Assembly: GCA_963821195.1 (NCBI GenBank)
Contig: CAWGDE010000023.1
Location: forward strand, 99,806-163,805
DNA length: 64,000 nucleotides
DNA from: an uncultured delta proteobacterium
GTDB taxonomy: Bacteria; Myxococcota; Myxococcia; Myxococcales; Anaeromyxobacteraceae
Reading direction: 5' to 3'
The number at the start of each line of letters is the position of its first letter. The first letter of the stretch is position 1. Both the position numbers and the translations under genes were made by a program. The notes beneath the pieces were generated by a model, which was not told the origin of the DNA, made no database searches, and worked only from the letters and a program-made list of their open reading frames with translations. Below, piece after piece: positions 1-9,389 of the stretch.

Positions 1-1499
1 GACCGACGACGCGTCGATCGCGAAGGAGACCGCGAAGGACTCCGTGAAGGAGGTCGCCTGGCGGGAGCAGGCGCCGCGCGGGAAGCTCGACCTCGTCGTG
101 GACCTGAACTTCCGGATGGACACGAGCGCCCTCTACTCGGACCTCGTCCTGCCCGCCGCCACCTGGTACGAGAAGGACGACCTCAACACGACCGACCTCC
201 ACACGTTCATCCACCCCCTGCAGGCGGCGGTCCCGCCCTGCTGGGAGTCGAGGAGCGACTGGGACGCGTTCGAGTCGCTCGCGCGGAAGGTGACCGAGCT
301 CTCGCGCCGGCACCTGCCCGAGCCGGTGAAGGACCTCGTCGCGGTCCCCATCCAGCACGACACGCCCGGCGAGATGGCCGAGCCCGAGCTCCGCGACTGG
401 CGCAAGGGCGAGTGCGCCCGCGATCCCGGGCAAGACCATGCCCGGCCTCGCGATCGTCGAGCGCGACTACGCCCACCTGCACGAGCGCTTCACCTCGTTC
501 GGTCCGGCCGCTCGCGCGAACGGCATCGGCGCGCACGGCCTCGGCTGGCGGATCGACGACGTCTGGGACGAGCTGGCGGCGGGCGGTCCCTCGCGGACGC
601 GCACGTGGGGCGGGAAGACCTACCCGTCCGTCGCGACCGCCGTCGAGGCGGCGAACCTCGTGCTCCGGCTCGCGCCCGAGACGAACGGCGAGATGGCGTT
701 CCGCGCATTCCAGGCGGAGGAGGAGAAGGTCGGGCTCCCGCTCGCCGACCTCGCCGCGAAGACCCGCGGCGTCCGCATGGACTTCGACGATCTCGGCCGC
801 CAGCCGCGGCGCCTCCTCAACTCGCCGTGCTGGACCGGCCTCGTCGACGGCGGGCGCACGTACACCGCCTACGCGCTCAACGTCGAGCGGCTCGTGCCGT
901 GGCGGACGCTCACCGGCCGCCAGCACCTGTACCTCGACCACCCCGGGCAGCTCGCCCACGGCGAGGCGCTGCCGACCTACAAGCCGCGCTGCAATCCGGC
1001 CTTCGTGCAGGACCTCGTCGAGACGCCCGGCGACGGCCGCTCGATCCGGCTCAACTACCTCACGCCGCACGGCAAGTGGAACATCCACTCGACGTACGGC
1101 GACAACCTGCGCATGCTGACGCTCTCCCGCGGGCTCCATCCGCTCTGGGTGAGCGAGCAGGACGCCGCGGCGCTCGGGATCCGCGACGACGACTGGGTCG
1201 AGGTCGTGAACGACCACGGCGTCGTGGTCACGCGCGCCGTCGTGAGCGCGCGCGTGCCCGCCGGGATGGCGATCCAGTACCACGCGCCGGAGCGGACGAT
1301 CTCGGTGCCGCGCGCGCCGTCGCGCGGCGGGAAGCGCGGCGGGAGCCACAACAGCCTCTCGCGCGTGCGCCTGAAGCCGACGCTCATGCTGGGGGGCTAC
1401 GGGCAGTTCTCCTACGGCTTCAACTACTGGGGCCCGACCGGGAACAACCGCGACACCTACGTCCTCGTGCGGAAGCTCGAGGGCGAGCCGCGCTTCTAG
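1..1499 (+). CDS. narG: Respiratory nitrate reductase alpha subunit (Mo-bisPGD), 5'-truncated by the window edge, +1 frameshift near 419
   Basis: [40 protein letters not shown] in the frame of ORF 44; continues as IPGKTMP...[12 protein letters not shown]...[16 protein letters not shown]...[12 protein letters not shown] in ORF 438..1499. Confidence 0.93.
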
Positions 1500-1513
1500 C
1501 GGGGGAGGACGCC

Positions 1514-3059
1514 ATGGACGTCCGCGCGCAGATTCGCCTCGGTGTTCCACCTCGACAAGTGCCTCGGCTGCCACACGTGCAGCGTCGTGTGCAAGAACGT
1601 GTGGACCGACCGTCCGGGCGCCGAGTACATGTGGTGGAACAACGTCGAGACCCGCCCCGGCACGGGGTACCCCGGCGGCTGGGAGGACCAGGATCGATGG
1701 AACGGCGGCTGGCGAGTGGAGGGGCAGCCGGATGAGGCTGCCCCTGAACGAGCGGGGGGCCCGGGGGGGCGCGAGCCGCGCGAAGCGAGGCGAGTGGCCC
1801 CCCGGTCCGATGGCCACGTCGACGCGAGCGCGCTCCGGCTGCGCTCCGGAGGGCGGGGGACGGCGCTCGCGGGGATCTTCCACAACCCGTCGCTCCCGAC
1901 GCTCGACGACTACTACGAGCCGTGGACCTACCGGTACCGCGACCTCTTCGACGCGCCCGAGTCGGACGTGCAGCCCACCGCGCGCCCGATCTCGCTCGTC
2001 ACCGGGAAGCCCATGGTGCCGAAGCGCGGGCCGAACTGGGACGACGACCTCTCCGGCACGAAGGAGTACGCCGCGAAGGACTCGAACCTCGACGCGCTCA
2101 CGCCCGAGGAGCGCGGCCAGCTCTTCGGCGTCGAGCGGCTCGCGTTCTTCCACCTGCCCCGGACGTGCAACCACTGCACGAACGCCGCCTGCGTCGCGGC
2201 GTGCCCCTCCGGCGCCATCTACAAGCGGGGCGAGGACGGCCTCGTGCTCTCGAACCAGGACAGGTGCCGGGGCTGGCGCCTGTGCGTCTCCTCCTGCCCG
2301 TACAAGAAGGTCTTCTACAACTGGAAGGAGGGGCGCTCCGAGAAGTGCATCGGCTGCTACCCCCGGATCGAGTCGGGCGAGGCGCCGGCGTGCTTCGCCG
2401 CCTGCCCCGGGCGGATCCGCTTCCAGGGCGTCCTCCTCTACGACGCGGACCGCATCGCCGAGGCGGCGCGCCGCCCGGAGGGTGAGCTCGTCGCCGCGCA
2501 GCGCGAGCTCGTCCTCGACCCGGCCGACCCGGAGGTCGCGGCCGCGGCCCGGCGATCCGGGATCGCCCCCGGCGTGCTCGAGGCGGCGCGGCGCTCGCCC
2601 ACCTTCACGTTCGTGAAGCGCTGGGAGATGGCGCTCCCGCTCCACCCCGAGTGGCGGACGCTGCCGAACGTCTTCTACGTGCCGCCGCTCCTGCCGCTCT
2701 TCGCCTCGAAGACGAACGGGACGGCGAAGACCGTCGAGGGGCTCTTCACGAGCGGAGAGCGCGGGCGGCTCCCGCTCGCGTACCTCGGGCGGCTGTTCGG
2801 CGGCGACGCCGGGGTGGCCTCCGCGCTCCGGAAGCTCGTCGCACTGCGGCTGTGGCGGCGCGCCGAGACGGTGGGCGACGTCGACGCTCCGGAGGTCGAC
2901 GCCGCGTTCGTCGCGGCGAAGTTCGATCGCGCCGGCGCGGCCGAGCTGCATCGGCTCACGACGTTCGCGACGCTCGAGCAGCGGGTGGTCCTCCCACCGG
3001 CGCTCCGGGGCGAGGCGTTCGATCCGGCCACGACCAACGCCGTGGGGGCGCTGCCATGA
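1514..3059 (+). CDS. narH: Respiratory nitrate reductase beta (Fe-S) subunit, +1 frameshift near 1533, with an in-frame palindromic insertion
   Basis: GGAGG RBS then [30 protein letters not shown]; [14 protein letters not shown]; [15 protein letters not shown]; [10 protein letters not shown]. Confidence 0.93.
1720..1808. repeat. Nested palindromic (REP/RPE-like) element inside narH
   Basis: 10-bp stem AGGGGCAGCC-ggatga-GGCTGCCCCT (1720-1745); stem CCGGGGGG...CCCCCCGG (1761-1805) enclosing a GCGAAGC mini-hairpin. Confidence 0.7.
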
Positions 3060-3610
3060 CGCACGACCCGGACACCCTCCGCCGGCTCGCGGCCCTCCTC
3101 GCCTACCCCGGCCCGGGCTTCGCCGCGCGCGCGGCGGAGTGCGCCGGGGCGCTCGCGACGGGTCACCCCGCGGCCGCCGGGCGGCTCGCGCGCTTCGCCA
3201 CGTTCGCGCTGTCGTCCGGCACCTCGGCGCTCGAGGAGGCGTACACGTTCGCGTTCGACGTCGCGCCGCTCGCGAGCCCGTACGTCGGGGACCAGCTCTT
3301 CGGCGCGAGCCGCGAGCGATCGTACCTCCTGTCTGGCCTGCGCGAGCTGCAGCGGGAGGCGGGGCTCGACCCCGGGGTCGAGCTGGCCGATCACGTGGCG
3401 GAGGTGCTGCGGCTCGTCGCGGCGCCGATCCCCGCCGACGTCCGGGACGACCTCGTCCGCGACGGGCTCGCCCCCGCGCTCGAGAAGATGCTCGCCGCGC
3501 TCGACGAGGCTCGGCACCCGTGGGCCGACGCCGTCGCGGCCGTGATGGACGTGCTCGACACGCGCGCCGCCGGCGCGTCCGCGGCACGCGCGCTGGAGGT
3601 CTCACCATGA
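3056..3610 (+). CDS. narJ: Nitrate reductase molybdenum cofactor assembly chaperone
   Basis: LAALLAYPG...LEEAYTFAFD...SPYVG...ELADHVAEVLRL; ATGA overlap with the narH stop; operon position. Confidence 0.88.
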   Translation: MTHDPDTLRRLAALLAYPGPGFAARAAECAGALATGHPAAAGRLARFATFALSSGTSALEEAYTFAFDVAPLASPYVGDQLFGASRERSYLLSGLRELQREAGLDPGVELADHVAEVLRLVAAPIPADVRDDLVRDGLAPALEKMLAALDEARHPWADAVAAVMDVLDTRAAGASAARALEVSP

Positions 3611-5679
3611 ACGACCTGTTCCTCTTCGGCATCTTCCCCTACGCCGCGCTCGCGACCGCCGGCGTCGGGGTGGCGGCGCGGTACCGGATGCCCGCCACCC
3701 TCGGCACCCGCTCCTCGGAGTTCCTCGAGAAGAAGGCCCTCTTCTGGGGATCGGTGCCGTGGCACTACGCGATCCTGCTCATCCTCGCCGGGCACCTCGC
3801 CGCGGCGGCCGCGCCCGGCGCTTGGGGCGCGCTGCTCGCCGATCCCCGCCGGCTCGTGACGCTCGAGGTGGTCGGGACCGCGCTCGGCCTGTGGGCCACC
3901 TTCGCCGTCGCGCTCCTCATCGTGCGCCGGGCGGCGAGCGCACGCCTGCGGGCCGTGACCACCTGGGTGGACTGGCTCGTGCTCGCGCTCCTCCTCGCGC
4001 AGGTGGCGACGGGGACCTGGGTCTCCATCACGCTGCGCTGGGGCTCGGTCTGGTACCTCCACACTGCGGCGCCCTGGCTCGCGTCGCTCTTCTCGCTCGC
4101 CCCGCGCGTGGACCTCGCCTCGGTGCTCCCCACCCTCGCCAAGTTCCACGCGGTCGGCGCGTTCGTGCTCCTCGCGCTGCTCCCCTTCTCCCGGCTCGTG
4201 CACGCGCTCTCGGTCCCGCTCGGCTACCTCTGGCGCCCGTTCCAGGTGGTGGTGTGGAACCGCGACCGCACCGCGCCGGAGGCGCCCGCCGGCGCGGGCA
4301 CGGCGGGCCGCGTCCTCACGGTCTGGAACCCCGAGGATCGCGCGTTCTGGCAGTCGACCGGGAGCGCCGTCGCGACCCGCAACCTCTGGATCTCGATCCC
4401 CGCCCTGCTCCTCTCCTTCGCGGTCTGGATGGTCTGGAGCGTGGTCGTGGTGCGGCTGCCGGCGGTCGGGTTCCCCTACACGACGGACCAGCTCTTCTGG
4501 CTCGCCGCGCTGCCCGGCCTCTCCGGAGCGACGCTGCGGATCTTCTACTCGTTCATCGTCCCCATCTTCGGCGGGCGCAGGTGGACCGCCGTCTCGACCG
4601 CCTCGCTGCTCGTGCCCGCCCTCGGCATCGGCTGGGCCGTCCAGGACCCCACCACCTCCTACGGCACGATGCTCGTCCTCGCGCTCCTGTGCGGGCTCGG
4701 CGGCGGCAACTTCGCCTCGAGCATGGCGAACATCAGCTTCTTCTTCCCCAAGGAGCGCAAGGGGACGGCGCTGGGCCTGAACGCGGGCCTCGGGAACCTC
4801 GGCGTCTCGGTGATGCAGTTCGTCGTTCCGCTCGTCGTCACCACGGCGGTGTTCGGCGGCCTCGGCGGCCGCCCGCAGGTCGTCCTGAAGACGGGCGAGA
4901 GCCTCTGGCTCCAGAACGCGGGGTTCGTCTGGGTGCCCTTCGTCGTCGCCGCCACGATCGCGGCCTGGTTCGGGATGAACGACCTCGCGAGCGCGAGGGC
5001 CTCCTTCCGCGAGCAGGCGGTGGTCTTCCGCCGCAAGCACAACTGGCTCATGTGCTGGCTCTACGTCGGCACCTTCGGCTCCTTCATCGGCTACTCGGCC
5101 GGCCTGCCGCTGCTCGTGAAGACCCAGTTCCCGGGCGTGGACCCGATCCGCTACGCGTTCCTCGGCCCCCTCGTCGGCGCCCTCGCGCGCCCGGTCGGCG
5201 GCTGGCTTTCGGACAAGGTCGGCGGCGCGCGCGTCACCTTCTGGAACTTCGCCGCGATGACGGCGGCGGCCGCCGGCGTGATCCTCTTCCTCCCCGATGG
5301 CGGCCGGGGCGGCAGCTTCCCGGGCTTCCTCGCGATGTTCCTCGTCCTCTTCGCCACGAGCGGGATCGGCAACGGCTCCACCTTCCGGATGATCCCGGTG
5401 ATCTTCTCGACCTTCCACGAGCGGCGCGCGGAGGGCGGCGGGGGCCCCGCCCGCGCGCAGGCGAAGAAGGACGCGGCGAAGGAGGCGGCGGCCGTCATCG
5501 GGTTCAGCTCGGCCATCGCGGCGTACGGCGCCTTCTTCATCCCGCGCGCCTTCGGGATCTCGACGAAGGCGACCGGCAGCCCGGCGGCGGCGATCGTCGG
5601 GTTCATCGCCGTGTACCTGAGCTGCATCGCCGTGACCTGGTGGTTCTACTCGCGGCGGAAGGCCGAGATGCCCTGCTGA
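3607..5679 (+). CDS. narI-narK: Fusion of nitrate reductase gamma subunit (NarI) and NarK-family nitrate/nitrite MFS transporter, 690 aa
   Basis: NarI heme-ligand His residues (WHYAILLILAGH, KFH, FSRLVH), a 15-aa linker, then WNPEDRAFW...RNLWISIPALLLSFAVW, GATLRIFYS, GGGNF, GALARPVGGWLSD, GIGNGSTF; no stop codon between the two parts. Confidence 0.88.
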   Translation: MNDLFLFGIFPYAALATAGVGVAARYRMPATLGTRSSEFLEKKALFWGSVPWHYAILLILAGHLAAAAAPGAWGALLADPRRLVTLEVVGTALGLWATFAVALLIVRRAASARLRAVTTWVDWLVLALLLAQVATGTWVSITLRWGSVWYLHTAAPWLASLFSLAPRVDLASVLPTLAKFHAVGAFVLLALLPFSRLVHALSVPLGYLWRPFQVVVWNRDRTAPEAPAGAGTAGRVLTVWNPEDRAFWQSTGSAVATRNLWISIPALLLSFAVWMVWSVVVVRLPAVGFPYTTDQLFWLAALPGLSGATLRIFYSFIVPIFGGRRWTAVSTASLLVPALGIGWAVQDPTTSYGTMLVLALLCGLGGGNFASSMANISFFFPKERKGTALGLNAGLGNLGVSVMQFVVPLVVTTAVFGGLGGRPQVVLKTGESLWLQNAGFVWVPFVVAATIAAWFGMNDLASARASFREQAVVFRRKHNWLMCWLYVGTFGSFIGYSAGLPLLVKTQFPGVDPIRYAFLGPLVGALARPVGGWLSDKVGGARVTFWNFAAMTAAAAGVILFLPDGGRGGSFPGFLAMFLVLFATSGIGNGSTFRMIPVIFSTFHERRAEGGGGPARAQAKKDAAKEAAAVIGFSSAIAAYGAFFIPRAFGISTKATGSPAAAIVGFIAVYLSCIAVTWWFYSRRKAEMPC

Positions 5680-5859
5680 GCTCGCACCTGCCCCGGTGGC
5701 AGCGGCGCGCAGGACGGCCGCCGCGGCCGGGTGCGGGGAGCGGGACGCGACCCGGCCGGGGTACCGCGCCCGCTCATCCCGAGGTCGTGGGACGCCCCGC
5801 GCGGCATTTGGGCAATGCGCTCGGGCGGGAGGCCGCCGTACATCTCGGTCGTGGTGCCC

Positions 5860-6663
5860 GTGAGCGACGCCCGGCGATCGCCCCGGCTGCGCGTCCGCGC
5901 GCCGGCGGAGCTCCGCTTCCGCGGGGCGCGCCACGACGTGGTCGCGGAGGACGTCGGGGTCGGTGGGTGCCGGTTCACGGCCCCGCTGCCCTTCCGGCCG
6001 GGCGAGGCGGTGTTCGTCACGCTCTTCCTGCGCGCGCTCCCCGGGCCCCTCTCCGCCGCGGCCACCGTCGTGTGGTCCGCCGAGAAGGCGCCCCACCACA
6101 CCGGCGTCGCGTTCGGCAGGAGCGGATCCGCGGACCGCGAGCGACGGCTCCGGAAGCTGGTGCAGCAAGATCCCGCGCTCGCGCACTCGCCCGCGCCGCT
6201 CCGGCCGGGGCAGCGGCTCCGGCTCGGATCGCTCCCGCGGCCCGAGGCGGTTCTCGGGCGAGACGAGCTCACCGTGCTGCGCGCGGCCCGGGACGGCGTC
6301 ACCGTGCTCGGGCTGCTCGACGCCGCCGGGGCGCGGTTCCGCGAGGTCCGCGCCGCGCTCGTGATGCTCCGCGCCCGAGGGCTCGTGCACGAAAGGCCTC
6401 TCCGCCGCCCCGCGGCCGGCTGGACGAGCCGGCTCGCGACGGACGACCCGGGGCCGCTGCCCACTCCCGAGCCGGTGATGAGCCCCTTCGCGCCGGCTGC
6501 TCGCCCGCTGCGCGCGACGATCTGCCTCGAGGCCGCGCGCGAGGAGGGCGCGCACGGGCACCTCGGCGCCGCGGTCGAGTGGCTGCAGCAGGGGCTCGCA
6601 GCCGCCCCCGGCGACGCCGAGCTGTCGGAGTCGCTCGAGGCGCTGACGAGCGCGGGCGACTGA
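5860..6663 (+). CDS. PilZ-domain protein (putative c-di-GMP effector); start uncertain (5815-5860)
   Basis: RRSPR and DVGVGG match the PilZ RxxxR and D/NxSxxG motifs. Confidence 0.65.
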   Translation: MSDARRSPRLRVRAPAELRFRGARHDVVAEDVGVGGCRFTAPLPFRPGEAVFVTLFLRALPGPLSAAATVVWSAEKAPHHTGVAFGRSGSADRERRLRKLVQQDPALAHSPAPLRPGQRLRLGSLPRPEAVLGRDELTVLRAARDGVTVLGLLDAAGARFREVRAALVMLRARGLVHERPLRRPAAGWTSRLATDDPGPLPTPEPVMSPFAPAARPLRATICLEAAREEGAHGHLGAAVEWLQQGLAAAPGDAELSESLEALTSAGD

Positions 6664-6683
6664 CGCGGCCCGGCCCGCCGGCG

Positions 6684-7763
6684 CTACCGCCGGGTGTGGA
6701 CGGTCACGTTCGCGGAGAGGCCGGCGCGCATCGGGAGGTCCGGCGGCGGCGACCACGCGATGCGCACGGGGACGCGCTCCACCACCTTCACGAAGTTGCC
6801 CGACGCGTTGTCGGGCGGGAGGAGCGCGAACCGGGCGCCGGTGCCCCCGGAGACGCTCTCGACGCGCCCCTCGATCGTGCGGCCGCCGTACGCGTCCACG
6901 TCCACGTCCACCCGCTGCCCGGGCCGGATGCCGCCCGTCTGCGTCTCCTTGAAGTTCGCGACGACGTAGGTCCGGTGCGGGACGAGCTGGCCGAGCACCT
7001 GGCCCGGCTGGACGATCTGGCCCGGCTGGACGGAGAAGCGCGAGATCGCCCCGTCCTCCGGCGCCCGCACGACCGTGTACGAGAGCTGCAGGCGGGCCGC
7101 GTCGAGGACCGCCTCCGCGACCTTCGCCCGGGCGCGGGCGAGGTCCGCGTTCGCGAGCGCCGCGGCGTACTGGGCCTTGCCCGCGCCCGCGCCCGCCTGC
7201 GCGGTCTCGTTCGAGATCCGCGAGGCGTCGAACCGATCGGAGGCGATGGCGCCGCCCGCCTGCAGCTCCTGCGCGCGCCGCAGGTCGAGGCGCGCCTTCT
7301 CCGCCTCCGCGTCGGTGCGGGAGACCGACGCGCGCGCCGCCCGGACCTGCGCGTCCGACGCGGAGATCTGCGCGCGGGCCGTCTCGAGCTCGGCCTCGGC
7401 CTGGCGCACCCGGACCTGGTAGTCGGCGTCGTCGATCCGGAGGATCACGTCGCCCTTCTTCACGGGCGCGTTCTCGGCGACGAGCACCTCGGCGACCGTG
7501 CCCCCGACGCGCGGGGCAACGGCGACGACGTCGGACTCGACGAACGCGTCGTCCGTCGACTCGTCGCCGCGCCCGAGGAAGGCGCTCACGCCGAACCAGG
7601 CGATCGCGAGCGCGGCCAGGGCGCCGACGCCGGCGAGCACGCGGCGCTTCCGGCTGCGCCGCTCGGGGCTCGCCGGGACGCGCGCCGGGGCGCGAGCGGG
7701 CTCGGGCGGGTGCGCCGGCGCGGCCGCGGAGACGGGGTGCAGCTTGGGATCGGGGAGCGTCAT
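6684..7763 (-). CDS. emrA: EmrA/HlyD-family membrane fusion protein
   Basis: ESTDDAFV, VAPRVGG, VVANFKETQ, LLPPDNASGNFVKVVERVPVRI. Confidence 0.9.
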   Translation of the reverse strand: MTLPDPKLHPVSAAAPAHPPEPARAPARVPASPERRSRKRRVLAGVGALAALAIAWFGVSAFLGRGDESTDDAFVESDVVAVAPRVGGTVAEVLVAENAPVKKGDVILRIDDADYQVRVRQAEAELETARAQISASDAQVRAARASVSRTDAEAEKARLDLRRAQELQAGGAIASDRFDASRISNETAQAGAGAGKAQYAAALANADLARARAKVAEAVLDAARLQLSYTVVRAPEDGAISRFSVQPGQIVQPGQVLGQLVPHRTYVVANFKETQTGGIRPGQRVDVDVDAYGGRTIEGRVESVSGGTGARFALLPPDNASGNFVKVVERVPVRIAWSPPPDLPMRAGLSANVTVHTRR

Positions 7764-7766
7764 CGT

Positions 7767-9389
7767 TCACATCTCCATCGCTTCGACGTGGGGCGCCTCG
7801 GAGGGCTTGTGGCGCTTCACCTTGAGGAACCAGAGCAGCGGGAGGACGCAGAGCATCGCCAGCCCGCCGAGGAGGAGGACGCGCTCGAAGGCGATCACCA
7901 TCGCCTGGCGCGTGACGAGCCCGTCGAGCGCGCGGAGGGCCGCCTCGCGCGCCGACACGGGGTCGAACCCCCTCTGGCGGAACGCGCCCTCCATCGCGGC
8001 GAGCCGCCCCTGCACCTCGAGCCGGTCCGGCGTGACGTGCGCCGAGAGGGCTGCCTTCGCCTGCACCCCGTAGCGCGAGAGGAGCGTCGCGAACACCGCG
8101 AGCCCCATCGACGCCCCGACCTGGCGGAGGAGCGAGTTGAGGCCGGTCGCGTCGGCGAGCTTGGTGCGCGGGATCTCGGACAGGGCCGCGGTGGTGAGCG
8201 GGACGAAGAGGAAGCTGAACCCGATGCCCTGGATCATGATCGGGTGGATGATGCCGGACGCGGTGGTGTCGAGCGTCACGTACGAGACCATGACCGCGCC
8301 CGCCGCGACGAGGACGATCCCGATCGCGACGAGGAGGCGCGCCGACACCTTGCCGTAGATCCGCCCGACGAACGGGGTCACGGCCATCATGACGAGCGTC
8401 CGCGGCATGAGGGCGAGCCCCGACTGCATGGCGGTGAACCCGAGCATCTCCTGCATGAACACGGGCAGGAGGAACATGCTCGCGAGCAGGATCGCGAACA
8501 TCACCGCGCCGATCAGCGAGCCAGACGCGAAGAGCGGGTCCTTGAACAGCCGGACGTTCACCGCGGGGACGGGAGCGACGAGCTCGCGCCAGACGAAGAG
8601 CGCGAGCGCCACGACCGTGACGGCGGCGCAGCCGACGATGAGGTTCGAGTCGAACCAGTCCTTCTGCTGTCCCTCCTCGAGGAGGAACTGGAGCGCGGCG
8701 AGCCCCATCGCGAGGAGCGCGATGCCCATCCAGTCCATGTTCCGCCGCTGCGCGGCGGCGCCGGCGGCGTTCGCGGCGCGCACGTCCTCCGGCTCGTGGA
8801 CGAAGCGCCAGACCATGAACAGCCCGAGCGCGCCCACCGGGAGGTTGATGAAGAAGATCCAGGACCAGTGGAAGTTGTCGACGATCCACCCGCCCAGCGT
8901 CGGTCCGACGGCGGGGCCGATCATGACGGCCATGCCGAACAGGGCCATCGCGAGCCCCTGCTCCTCCGGCGGGAACGTCTGCCGCAGGATGGCCTGCTCG
9001 GTGGGCTGGAGCGCGCCAGCGCCGAACCCCTGGAGCACGCGGAAGACGACGAGCTGTGTGAGCGTGGCCGCGACGCCGCAGAGCGCGGAGGACACGACGA
9101 ACAGGAGCAGGCTCGCCATGTAGACCCGCTTCTGGCCGAACAGCCGGCCGAGGAACGCGGTGAGCGGCATCACGATGACGGTCGCGATGGCGAAGCCGGT
9201 CGTGATCCAGGTGATCTCCTGGAGCGTCGCGCCGACGGCCCCGCGGATGTGCGGGAGCGCGACGTTCACGATGGACGCGTCGATCGCGCCCATGAGCGTG
9301 CCGAACGTCACCGACACCGTCACGAGCCACTTGTTCGTGACGGGACGGGCCGGGACGGCCGCCGGGAAGGTCGCGACCGCCGTGCTCAT
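7767..9389 (-). CDS. emrB: DHA2 (EmrB/QacA) MFS multidrug efflux permease
   Basis: DASIVNVALPHI, GPAVGPTLGGWI, WSWIFFINLPVG, LEEGQQKDWF. Confidence 0.9.
   Translation of the reverse strand: MSTAVATFPAAVPARPVTNKWLVTVSVTFGTLMGAIDASIVNVALPHIRGAVGATLQEITWITTGFAIATVIVMPLTAFLGRLFGQKRVYMASLLLFVVSSALCGVAATLTQLVVFRVLQGFGAGALQPTEQAILRQTFPPEEQGLAMALFGMAVMIGPAVGPTLGGWIVDNFHWSWIFFINLPVGALGLFMVWRFVHEPEDVRAANAAGAAAQRRNMDWMGIALLAMGLAALQFLLEEGQQKDWFDSNLIVGCAAVTVVALALFVWRELVAPVPAVNVRLFKDPLFASGSLIGAVMFAILLASMFLLPVFMQEMLGFTAMQSGLALMPRTLVMMAVTPFVGRIYGKVSARLLVAIGIVLVAAGAVMVSYVTLDTTASGIIHPIMIQGIGFSFLFVPLTTAALSEIPRTKLADATGLNSLLRQVGASMGLAVFATLLSRYGVQAKAALSAHVTPDRLEVQGRLAAMEGAFRQRGFDPVSAREAALRALDGLVTRQAMVIAFERVLLLGGLAMLCVLPLLWFLKVKRHKPSEAPHVEAMEM

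Noticed and set aside
415-1540. Programmed frameshifting in narG/narH
   Set aside because: No slippery heptamer is present, and the same +1 pattern appears in unrelated genes, which points to sequencing error.
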